The position numbers and the translations under genes were made by a program. A stretch of DNA of 63,440 nt, the filler included, from Ministeria vibrans ATCC 50519 (lineage: Eukaryota; Protista; Filasterea), in the NCBI GenBank assembly GCA_943704425.1. It is 5 parts of 5 records of this genome, joined end to end, with 100 filler letters (N's around TTAATTAATTAA, not from the genome) between each part and the next. Parts side by side here need not be neighbours in the genome. Positions count along the whole stretch, not along the records: positions 1 to 19,090 come from CALSCP010001655.1; positions 19,191 to 40,499 come from CALSCP010000556.1; 3 more parts are not named here. One strand, 5' to 3'. Below the pieces are notes generated by a model, which was given only the letters and a program-made list of their open reading frames with translations, searched no databases and was not told the DNA's origin. Shown here piece after piece: positions 12,361 through 22,869 of the stretch (position 1 is its first letter; each line of letters starts with the position of its first letter).

Positions 12361-13238
12361 TTAAGAACCACTTACTTCGAAGAAGTTGAAGGACGTCAAT
12401 TTTTGAGTATACAACCGTGACAAACTCGCCGAAGGGCAATTGGACAGGCGCAACAGGCGCAAGGAAAGGCTTGTGTGCATCAAGGACAACACTGGAAGCG
12501 ACTGGGTTGTAGTCTCAGTAGAGTTTAGTTGACGGATTGTTGCACTTACTTGGAAGAAGTTAAAGGACGTCAATTTTTGAGTATACAACTGTGACAAACT
12601 CGCCGAAGGGCAATTGGACAGGCGCAACAGGCGCAAGGCAAGGCTTGTGTGCATCAAGGACAACACTGGAAGCGACTGGGTTGTAGTCTCAGTAGAGTTT
12701 AGTTGACGGATTGTCGCACTTACTTGGAAGAAGTTGANNNNNNNAACAGGCGCAAGGCAAGGCTTGTGTGCATCAAGGACAACACTGGAAGCGACTGGGT
12801 TGTAGTCTCAGTAGAGTTTAGTTGACGGATTGTCGCACTTACTTGGAAGAAGTTGAAGGACGTCAATTTTTGAATATACAACTGTGACAAACTCGCTGGA
12901 GGGCAATTGGACAGGCGCAACAGGCGCAAGGAAAGGCTTGTGTGCATCAAGGACAACACTGGAAGCGACTGGGTTGTCTTTGTAGGCCCCGTACAAGCGC
13001 CATGTGTCCCTTTCGGTTTGACAGCGGCTGAAATGAAAAGGAGACTTTTGGAACTAAACCGCGTGACGCTCTCACGCCCGCTGAACAAGCGACAAAGGTG
13101 TGCTTCAGTATGGGGCACGAGTTTGTGCCTGGAAAATCGTTTCTCGGTCGCCGGCGAGGCGTGTGAGCGCCCGCAAGAGAGATGGACAAGCGTACCCGCC
13201 TGGGTCACATCAGGAAAATAAGGCCGAACGCGCGCCAT
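12361..13238 (-). CDS. Possible gene built from the 174-bp repeats (58-aa repeat, or 42-aa repeated exon if spliced); function unknown
   Basis: ATG at 13238, a frame that is stop-free through the sequenced repeat copies on each side of the gap, and TAA at 12361. The ATG lies 87 bp head-to-head with the F-box gene ATG, like other divergent pairs here. Confidence 0.35.
12369..12977. repeat. Tandem array of a 174-bp unit, at least 3.5 copies, interrupted by a 7-N gap
   Basis: Unit starts (CACTTACTT) at 12369, 12543, 12717 and 12836; copies differ by only a few substitutions. Confidence 0.97.
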
Positions 13239-13325
13239 TCTCAAAACTTCATTTTCTTCCCACTGCGAACTATCGCCCCATCCGCCTATCTATTCATTTT
13301 TATTCAGCTCTCCACTTGTCCTGGC

Positions 13326-16300
13326 ATGTCGAGGAGCTTCTTGAAGGCGATCAGGCACGTTGCAGACGCCGTGAGCGCCCCGATCGAGGTGGATCTTCGA
13401 GATTCTGGCTTCGAAGAAGAATTCGAAAATGAGGACCCGATTCCCGAATTGCGTGGGCGCAAGCATGCGGACTTTATCACTATCCTGCCCGGTACGAGAC
13501 ACAAAAGCTAGCGCTATCAATGAGGTGGCGCGAGCCCTCTTTTTTTTTTTTTCTTTTTTTTGTCCTCTTTGTCTCAATCGACTGAACCCCCGCCGCTTGC
13601 GGTGCTCTGCCGCTGCTCTTGTTTCCACAGACACTATTGCAGTGTACATTCTCTCGATGCTGGACGTTAACAGCCTGCAGCGATGCCTTCTTGTGTCGAA
13701 GAGCTGGTGCCGACGCGCGACAGAAAACCGTCTGTGGAGAGCCCAGCTGCATGCAAACGCTCGTTTTCTCTTTGCCTCAGGTAGGACCATGGTCTATAGC
13801 TTTATCCTTCTCCGTTTGCTCCCCGTGTCTTGCAATCCGCCGTCTAGTAAAAATAATTTGACCCCACTCTCCCAACGCTGCTGTGAGCTCTACGCCCGTC
13901 CGTTTACTCTCGCTCGCCCCCGTTCTTGCCTGCCTCTCTTGATTTTGGTCAACGCACCCTGTGGGGCTGTTTTCCTGCGCGCAACTGCTCCCGGAACACC
14001 CGGACAGACCCGCTGAATGCGTGACGTCACCAAGCATTTTTGCTACTCCCAAAACAAGCGACGGTCTCCCTCTCCGTCTCCACGTTCATTTCTGCCTTGT
14101 TTCTGCCCCGATTTTCCCCTTCTTTCACTCTTCCTTTCACGTTGTGGTCTCGCCTTTACGCGTACCCGGCGTTCCCAGCGAACGTACCAACTCCATTTTG
14201 GCTTTTTTTTTCTTTCAAATTGCGCATTCAAACGCGAATTGTCCCGACGCAACACAAACTTCACTTTGCCCTCATTGAGTTTGAAACACTCTTGAGACTT
14301 AATGTAGCCATGTGCGGGGCTTACTGCGAGCTTCTTTTCTTTCGTTTGCCGTATTAAGAGCTGTCCCAATATTTCGTCAACTCCCTCTTCTTTTCCCGCC
14401 CCCGATTACCCTTTTGTAAATCTGTGGTTTGCTATCGCTGAAGGGTGTTGCAAGGCCAATGTGTCCGATTGGCAGCTAAGGTGGCCGCAACAGCTCGCGC
14501 GCTTGAGTGTGTCTCATTTTTCGTTTTTTTTTGTCAAAATAACAACACTTTTAAGGGGGCACTTTCCTAAAGCGGAGGAATGCTAATTGTCAATTTTGAC
14601 CCTGCTCTATCGGGGTTTCTTGCTTTTGCTTTTTTGTCCTAGCTCGTTCATCGTCATATTCATTCATTATTATTTGACTCGTATCGCTTTCCCACGTATG
14701 TTCTGTTGTCATTCATTCATTGTTTTGCTTCTTTTTTTTTTTTTTTTTTTTTTTTTGTCGCGACAGGCAAGATTCCACCAAGTCTTCGCATGAACCACAG
14801 TGTCATCTCGAGTTTCAACTGGGCATTGCGAGAACGCCGACGGATTGACGCTAACTGGGACAACTCACGATTCCAACTGCGCTCGTATTTGGGACATTCG
14901 GAGATTGGTGTGTATGCGCTCGATTCGTACGACGGCACGCTCTTTAGTGGCGGTACCGACGGTGTGGTGCGCGTATGGAATATGCGCACGCGTCGCTGTC
15001 TGCACACACTGGAATTGCCCGAGTTTGTGCGCACGCGAGGACACAATGGAGTTACGCTTGCACCCATGTGTGTTCGCTCGCTGCGTGTCGATCCCATTCG
15101 ATGCCGACTCTTCGCTGTTTTTTCGGTACCGGCTGCTGTGTCGTACAGTGGTCCTCCCAGTTTGCTGTGCGAGTGGGATATTACAGACTTGATTGAGGCA
15201 GGAATTGCCTCGTCAGTACCCAGCGACGCCGGCACACCCCACGCCCCATTCAAACCCCACCGTGCCATTCAGTATTCCACCTTTGCATTTGTGTTTGCGG
15301 TGCCTCACTCGGCTGCCGTTGTCTCGTGCGACATCGACACCGTCAACGACCGCGTCATTGTTGGCTGTCGCGACTCGACGCTCTACATTTACGAGCACTG
15401 GAGCAAGCCTGCCTGGCGCCGTCTCATGGCAACGCTTCACGGCCATCTGGGTCCCATCACCGCCGTGCGCGTTCACGGCGACTCCTTCTTCTCCGCCAGC
15501 TCCGACGGTGCCGTCGGTCAGTGGGACTGTGACACGCTTCGTCTTGCTCGTATCTACACTTCCAAGGCAGGACAGTACCGTAGCATCTACAGCATTGCAG
15601 TAAGTTTTTGTTTTATATAAATTTTAATAATTATAATAATAATAATTTTTTGCTTGTCTGTAGGTGAGCGACTCGCATGTGGTTGCTGGATGTCACGGGG
15701 AAGTGCGTGTGTGGAAGAGAGTGAATCTGGATCGAGGAGCCCATCTGCAGGACGCAGAGGACGACAGTGTGCTGACCGAAAAGGACATGGAACGTCCCAT
15801 GCAACTCATCAAGTTTGAATCGGCGTATCCCAACGTACCGCAGTCATGGCGTGTGCGCACCATTGCCATAGATGGACAGCGCATTGTGGCGGGTCTCGGT
15901 GACGGTTTCTTCCGACTCGTGCGCATCGATCGACCTGGTTTTTGCCAGGCACTCGGTCAAGGGCGCTGCTCTCAACTGTCGGCCATGTACCTCGACAAGG
16001 ACCGCATTGTGTCGGGAAGTCTCAATCTCACCGATGTCCAAGAGTGGACATTTGCCTCGCTCACGGCCACGTCGGCCCAGTCGCTCGATCAATGGCTCAA
16101 GAAACCCGAACGAGCGACCATTGCAGCGGCCGTCTCGGCTGTCGCCGCCACCGCCTCCACCGTTACCGTCACCTTCCCACACCTCGAAGAAGAGTCTCTT
16201 GATGAACCCCTAACAACCAGCTCGGCTCCTTGTGTTGCCAAGGGGAGCGCACAACCCACTATCAGCAGCAAGGACGATGACGACGTAGGCATTGAGTCGG

Positions 16301-16335
16301 ACGATGACAGCGACTGGGTCGAAACCACTGTATAG
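13326..16335 (+). CDS. F-box/WD40 repeat protein (CDC4/MET30/beta-TrCP-like architecture), 4 exons
   Basis: DFITILPDTIAVYILSMLDVNSLQRCLLVSKSWCRRATENRLWR (F-box, split by intron 13492-13630). WD repeats GHSEIGVY...SGGTDGVVRVWN and GHLGPITAV...SASSDGAVGQWD. Exons 13326-13491, 13631-13780, 14768-15599, 15664-16335. Confidence 0.9.
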
Positions 16336-16542
16336 TCCCCACTTCCATTTTATTTTTGTGGGGATTGTACCGAGGGCCCCAACTCAGCAAACACACATAT
16401 CTTGTATCCCTATCATCTCACAGTTAGAGAGAAGCAGACAAAGAGAGAGAAAAAGAAAGAGAAAGTGAAGAGATTTCTTTTTGAAACATACACGTAAACT
16501 TTTTAATAATAATCAATTTGTTTGGTTTGTATTTGTGTTCCA

Positions 16543-18893
16543 TCAGGGGGTGTAGTTGGCCCAGCCATCCTTTTCAATTTTGGCGGCCTTGTCAAGCACC
16601 TGCTGCTCAATGCGTCTCTGGTAGTCAAGCATGCGGTCGAGGTAGAAGGGCACATGGGCGCCAAGCATGCGAATAGCGAGCAGAGCGGCATTGGTTGAGT
16701 TGCCAATGGCGACTGTGGCACACGGTACCCCCCGCGGCATCTGCACAATCGAGTACAGCGAGTCCTAACAACAATAAAGAGAAAGAGATGAGAGAGGAAA
16801 CAGTATGGTGCGTTTGTATATTGTGTGTGTGTGTGTGTGTGAGTGGAGAGAAAGGAAACAGTATGGTGTGTTTGTATGTTTGTATGATTTGCGTATTTGT
16901 GTGTGTGTACTTGACCATCGAGATACTTGAGGGGCACTGGGACACCAATGACTGGGAGGGGTGTCTGTGCAGCGACCATGCCTGGCAGATGGGCCGCACC
17001 GCCGGCAGCTGCAATGATTACGCGTAGTCCTCGCTCATGCGCACTCCGCGCGTACTAATTGACACGTAAAACAGAGATGAGGAAATACGGTGTTGAGTAA
17101 AAGAGTAGAGATTACTTGGGCCATTCGGTCGGGAGTGCGATGTGCACTAACAATGGTGAGCTCAAAGGGCACTTCGAACTCACTCAGTGTAACGGCACAA
17201 GCTTGCATGGTTGGCAGATCAGAATCACTGCCCATAATGACGCCGACAAGAGGCGCAGACTTGTCTGCGAGGGCAAGGTACGGGCTGGCAAGGGACGCAA
17301 GAGGGTCGCGCAGGTCGGCCATGCAGTCACCCGTCACCGTCATGTGGCCCACTTTGCGCCCTTTGCGGATGCCGCTCTTGCCGTACCAGTGCAGTGTGCA
17401 TCGAGGGGTGCTCAAGGCAGTCGCACACTGCGCAACACTGCAAAACAAACAATGGAAGAAGCAGATTACAAGTTTGAGCAACGCAGAGCACAAATAAAAC
17501 AATAGAAGAAGCAGATTACAAGTTTGAGCAACGCAAAACACAAATAATCAAATACAAGTTTGAGCAACGCAAAGCACAAACACATACAGCACACAGATGA
17601 TGGCGGCACGTGTACATACGTTTTAGCAAGGTCTTCGTCGGTTGAGCCTGAGCCAAGGAGGTTGACCATGGCGGCGACAGGGCAGCGCATGCCAGGGGCG
17701 CCAAAGGGCAGGCCGGCCACACAGCGCAGATGCTGCTCAAACTGATCAGTGTGACACGCTTCGATGGTGACGTGCCCCGAGTTGTGCGGTCGTGGTGCCG
17801 TCTCGTTGTACAGCACCCGCTTGTCCGCAAGAAGAAACAGTTCAACGGCAAATATGCCGGCGCCGTCGTACGCAGACACAGCTCGCTCGGCAACAGTCTG
17901 GGCGTGACGCAGCACATCGCCACTCACCTGTGCCGGCATAATCACCGTGTGACAGATGCTCGCTTGCTGCACGGTCTCCACCACGGGATACACTTGTGTG
18001 TTGCCGGTGCGCGACCGTGCCACCAGCACCGACAGTTCGCGAGTGTACTCCACCCATTGCTCAGCATACAAATTGGTCCAGTCACCACCGAGTGACGCGA
18101 CGGCTGTGTCCACATCCGCTTCCGAGCGCACCACAGCGTTGCCTCGTCCATCGTATGCGAGTCGCTTACTCTTAAGCATCAAAGGATAGCCAAAGTCCTG
18201 GGAGATACAGTGATGAGGAGAGAGAGAGGACAGAGAGAAGCAAAATGAGAAGGACAAATGACAAAATAGAATTATATTTTAGTATTATTGCTGGTGCGTA
18301 CTTGTCCCGCTTGCAGGAGTGCCTCCTTGCTGGGCGTCTCGACAAAGGCGCCCAATGGAACGTCGTGGCTCTTCATAAACACTTTCTGTGCATACTTGTC
18401 CTGAATAATGCGGATTGCGCTGGGCGACGGGTGCACTTGAACGCCCATTGTGTTCTACATCCACGGTAAGTCGGTAAGTCATCCACAAGGAGTGGCGTGC
18501 ACCAAACGAACACAGTCGATGCGCTTACTTGCACATGCTCGAGTGCATCCACATTGACATGCTCGATTTCAACGGTGAGCACGCTGCACTGTCGCGCAAG
18601 CTCAACGACTGCCTCGGCCGAGCGAATGTTTCCCTCAATCTGACAATGCGCCACTAAAACAATGATGATTCATATTGTAGCACGGACAGTTTCCCCCGCA
18701 AGGTTCACGCAGTGCAGCCAAATGCACGTTGGAGCCCGCATTGGAAGGGATATCGAGAGGGCAAACCTTGTCCAGCCGGTGAGTTTGTCTGCGCGTCAAG
18801 CACTGTCAAATGGATATTGAGGCGATGCGCCGCCGCCGCCATCATGCGTCCCAGTTGACCTCCACCGACCACGCCGACACGAATTGGCTCCAT
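16543..18893 (-). CDS. ADE2: Phosphoribosylaminoimidazole carboxylase, fused PurK-PurE (ADE2 type), 7 exons
   Basis: [47 protein letters not shown] and HWYGK...RKVGH (PurK); [36 protein letters not shown] and [16 protein letters not shown] (PurE). Confidence 0.97.
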
Positions 18894-18969
18894 GATGCAA
18901 AAATAGAGTAAATCTTTCGAATTTCAAATTTTAGTTTAAGATTTTCAGTTTTAACTTTTGGCTTTTGTA

Positions 18970-19084
18970 ATGGAACGACTCTCATTCGATTGCAAGTGCG
19001 CCATTGTTGGCTGGTGTACCCCACAAGCGGCTGTGGCTTTGTCGGGCGTCAGCCGCGAGTGGCGCGAAATTGTCGCGTACACAG
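18970..19084 (+). CDS. F-box protein, exon 1 only (scaffold ends)
   Basis: MERLSFDCKCAIVGWCTPQAAVALSGVSREWREIV fits the F-box pattern ending in VSRxW, followed by a GT donor. Confidence 0.55.
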
Positions 19085-19090
19085 GTTTCA

Positions 19091-19190
19091 NNNNNNNNNN
19101 NNNNNNNNNNNNNNNNNNNNNNNNNNNNNNNNNNTTAATTAATTAANNNNNNNNNNNNNNNNNNNNNNNNNNNNNNNNNNNNNNNNNNNN
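19091..19190. other. Artificial scaffold linker (N44-TTAATTAATTAA-N44)
   Basis: Six-frame stop spacer flanked by N runs. Confidence 0.98.
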
Positions 19191-19274
<84 letters not shown>

Positions 19275-19504
19275 CTTTGTTTCTCTCTCTCTCTCTTTCC
19301 GTCTTATCGTTTGTTGTGCACATGCGGAAAGGGTCAATTGCCGCGACTCCCTCTCAAAAATCTGTCCATGATATCACACATTCAGTGACTATCCATCAAT
19401 GTCACTCCACTGACTCATTCACTCACTCACTCACTGCAATCAATATCCCTCGCCCTCAGTGCGCGACAATATCAAACGTATTTACTCTTTGATTCGTACA
19501 CTAG

Positions 19505-20129
19505 GCTGATATGGTGAAGCTGTGCGCGTATTTCATGTACGGAGTGTATGAGAAGAAATTCATCTATGTGGACCAGTGCAAGAGCCGACCCAATGCATAT
19601 GGATTCTCCTATGTGTACCGCAAGAGCCTTTACGATAAGGGTATGTGATTTGAGTGGATGATTGAGTTTTGTGTTATTGAATTTATTTGTGTGCGATATT
19701 TTGTGCACTAACTTTTTGAATGTAGGAGTGCGGTTCCAGGCGAAGTCGCTGATGGAAGACGATTTCTTCCTGAACCATGCTGAGCGCATTCTCAATGCAA
19801 AGATTGTTCGTATTCCGGAAGAGCGTGGAGACGCACTCAAAGTGGTACGTACTTCAACTCTAATGCAAAATATAGCCCTAATAACAACCCTAACCCTAAT
19901 GACAAAATATGACAATCCCATGACAAACTATGACAATCCTAATGACTATCCTAAAAACATTACTCACCAATGACAACCTACATCTTCTCAGGTGACTGGC
20001 ACCGGATGCACAGGAATGCCCCTCGAGCGTACTGGCGATGTCATCTACGATCAACTGCCCCAGTTTCTCAAGGGAACTCTCTACGGTTCGCTCGCGCACA
20101 TTGAACAATACCTTAAACGTCCCTATTGA
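19505..20129 (+). CDS. 3' exons of a probable GT-A/GT2-like glycosyltransferase (5' end missing)
   Basis: Three in-phase exons: ADMVKLCAYFMYGVYEKKF...AYGFSYVYRKSLYDKG / VRFQAKSLMEDDFF...ALKV / VTGTG...YLKRPY*. The GFSYVYR...RF....ED pattern resembles GT2 acceptor-side motifs. Confidence 0.5.
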
Positions 20130-20213
20130 AAAGACGCTCACAAACTTGAACTTAAATATAATTAAAACTATAACACACACTTTTTATATGAAAACATTAT
20201 TATATTATGATGA

Positions 20214-21259
20214 TTATTCCGTTCCGTCGAGCTCCAACAGTTTCTCTGTGAGAGTGCGCTTTGAAAAGTGGAACGAAGAAATGTACGTGAAAGCAGTTTC
20301 GGGGCCCAAGAGACGCGCACGAATTGCGTCGATGTCCTTTCCTTGAGCCTTCAGTGTGAGCGCACTATCGCGCAAACGCAAGAAATGGTCAAGGCGTGAC
20401 TGAAGCATGGCGCGTGCATTGTCGGTGATGCACCCGCGGTGCGCACAGTACATGGTGGTCCAGGGGAGCCCCAGAATGCGTCGCAGGGATTGAATATCGC
20501 GCCTGAGGTCCTCTTCTGGTCGCATAAACATGGGCTTTGCCGTTACGAAGAGGTCGGCAGTAAACATGGCGTCGAGTGCGGGTGCGTGCAGAGCGACCAT
20601 GTCCTCGCAGTGTCCCGGCGTGGCGTACGCTGTCAGAGTGACCTCCCGTGTCACCTCAATGGGCGTCTCAAGGGGCAGTGTCGCATTGGGACGGAATAAT
20701 CGCGGACGACCCCACACTACAAACAAACAAACACACACACACACACACACACACAGCACAATGCAAAGGGTGAGAACAAGCTCGTCGTGCAGCGTGTCGC
20801 GCACCAAGAGAGCGGTACCACTGGATCGGAAATCCCGTCTCAACCAGCGGAATCGTCAGACTGGGCGCCACAATCTCAATGTGTCTGGTGCGCTTGTGTC
20901 GTTGCAGGCGTGCACCGTTGCCGCTGTGATCTACGTGGGGGAGGGGTTTGAAGGCGGTGGAGTGAAAGACAAGGCTAGGGCGGCGCAGGAGCGGCGAGAG
21001 AGCAGTACCTTCGTGGTGATGGGTGAGGATTGCGCGCGTTACGCCGTGCTTGACAGCGTAATTCGCCAGTGGTTCCCACGCAATGCATGGTCCCACGTCA
21101 ATGAGAGTCTGGCCAATGCGATACACAAACTATGAGCAGAAAGACAACACATTTCACGTGAAACTTATGATTGTATGAACTTGCATCAATCATTACGACG
21201 CTCGTGTTGATCCTGCCCGCATATCGGCCCAGTCTCAAGGAGTCTACTAACTTGCTCAT
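20214..21259 (-). CDS. Metallo-beta-lactamase-fold hydrolase, 4 exons
   Basis: TLIDVGP, ILTHHHEDHSGN (HxHxDH across an intron), TPGHCED, FTADL and CAHRG. Confidence 0.9.
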
Positions 21260-21466
21260 AACAGTTCGATTGGTAGGAGAAGAACAGATTGTGAGATCAC
21301 AGTGCGTCAAAATTTATAATTCAATCAGTTCATACTTCATTCAGTTGGGACTTCTCACACAGATCACCTCAATTCACAATGAATTCACATTTTTCTCTTC
21401 ATGCTTCAAATCGGACTACTTTTAAGGTCGTCCATTACCAAGGCTAACTATCACGGCTCGAGACTC

Positions 21467-22770
21467 ATGTCGACGCGGTCAAAAGCGCAAACGTTCGTAC
21501 ACAAGCGACTCTCCAAAATAACGCAATGGACCTAATTCAATTATGATTCGTTCAGCGTCACCTCAAGCGACGGATGGAGCGTTGCGTTTGACCGACACGC
21601 GCCTACCAAGGCCGGTGCGCCCTCTGTTGCCTTTGCGCATGCGACGGGGTTCTGTCGTCAGGTGTGGGCGCCAGTCATTGAGGGTCTCACTCTCACTCAA
21701 CACGGCGAGATGGTCTCCTTCGATTTTCGGCTCCACGGCGACACAGGCATGCACCCAGAGCAGGTACGCCCCGCGGGAGCGATCCCGCGAGACACTTTCG
21801 TCTGATGCCCACGCGTCTTTGCAGAGTGATGCGCACACGCGTTTGTCCTGGTGGGACTTGACGCGAGACGTGAGTGCGGTTACGTCGCAGGTGGAGTCGC
21901 TCTCTCGCAAAATAGTGGGCGTTGGTCATTCCATGGGTGCGGCTGCACTAGTCATGACTGAAATCGAACATCCAGGGACATTCTCTGCACTTGTACTCGC
22001 TGAGCCAATCGTGTTTCCGCCACTTCTAGACGATCCGGTCAAGTCACCCGTAAACCCAATATCATTATTCATAACGATGCATTGCCTCTCAACGCACGCT
22101 TTTACACATTAGACTGCCGAAGTATTCCAAAAGCGGTCCCAACAACTTGCCAAGGGAGCACTGCACCGCCGCAGTACGTTTGAGTCGCTTGAGTCGTGTC
22201 GTACGCACCTCACTCGCTCATCGCCCCATCGCCCATCCATCTTCGCCCAATGGTCTCCTTCTGCCCTCAATGCATATCTCTCGGGCGGATTTCGTGTTAC
22301 TGAGGGTCCTCCGCCGGGTTTGCTTGAAATCAAATGTCGTCCCGAGTGGGAAAGTGCCGTTTACTCCATGGGCCATCACAATGCTTTTCAGCGGCTCAAC
22401 GAAATCAAATGTCCCGGTTCGTTCACATATTGAACGTCTGTGATCTCGCCTGACAACCCACTATTTTTGTAGTATTTCTACTAACAGGCGAAACATCCGA
22501 CATTTACCCAAACGCATTCACTGAGGTAGCAACGCAAACCCCTAACCCTAGCCCTACCAATCATTCACCCCCATTTCTCCTCTCTGTCTCTGTCTCTCTC
22601 TCTTTCTCGTCTCACAGGTTCTCGTCAAGCAGTTCTCGTGCCCCATCACCCACCACACAGTCCCCAATAGCACTCACTTTCTCCCAATGGAACAGCCATG
22701 GGCCATTGCTCGCTCTGTCTCAACCGCTCTCGCTCTCTCTTCAAAACCAGCTGCTCACCCCAAACTGTAA
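21467..22770 (+). CDS. Alpha/beta hydrolase with C-terminal PTS1-like tripeptide (PKL), 6 exons
   Basis: [25 protein letters not shown] nucleophile elbow, [13 protein letters not shown] (catalytic His); ends AAHPKL*. Confidence 0.88.
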
Positions 22771-22869
22771 AATCACAATGAAAATAAAATAATAATAAAA
22801 TAATTATAATAAATTATTATTAATTTTTTTTGTTATTATTATTACGTTTTATATTCTTTATAAGTATAA

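Noticed and set aside
12555-12570. CAA/TAA alternation between repeat copies as a sign of TAA=Gln recoding
   Set aside because: TAA, TAG and TGA all terminate well-supported genes here, and conserved genes have no in-frame stops; the standard code fits.
12369-12977. CRISPR-like array
   Set aside because: Whole 174-bp units repeat with no unique spacers; eukaryotic context and no cas genes.
19135-19146. TTAATTAATTAA repeated four times (also 40544, 58630, 60956) as a biological repeat
   Set aside because: Always centred in symmetric 44-N runs; it is an artificial six-frame-stop scaffold joiner.
19886-19899. CCCTAA repeats (also ~22538-22556) as telomere remnants
   Set aside because: Only two or three units inside introns; too short to distinguish from chance.
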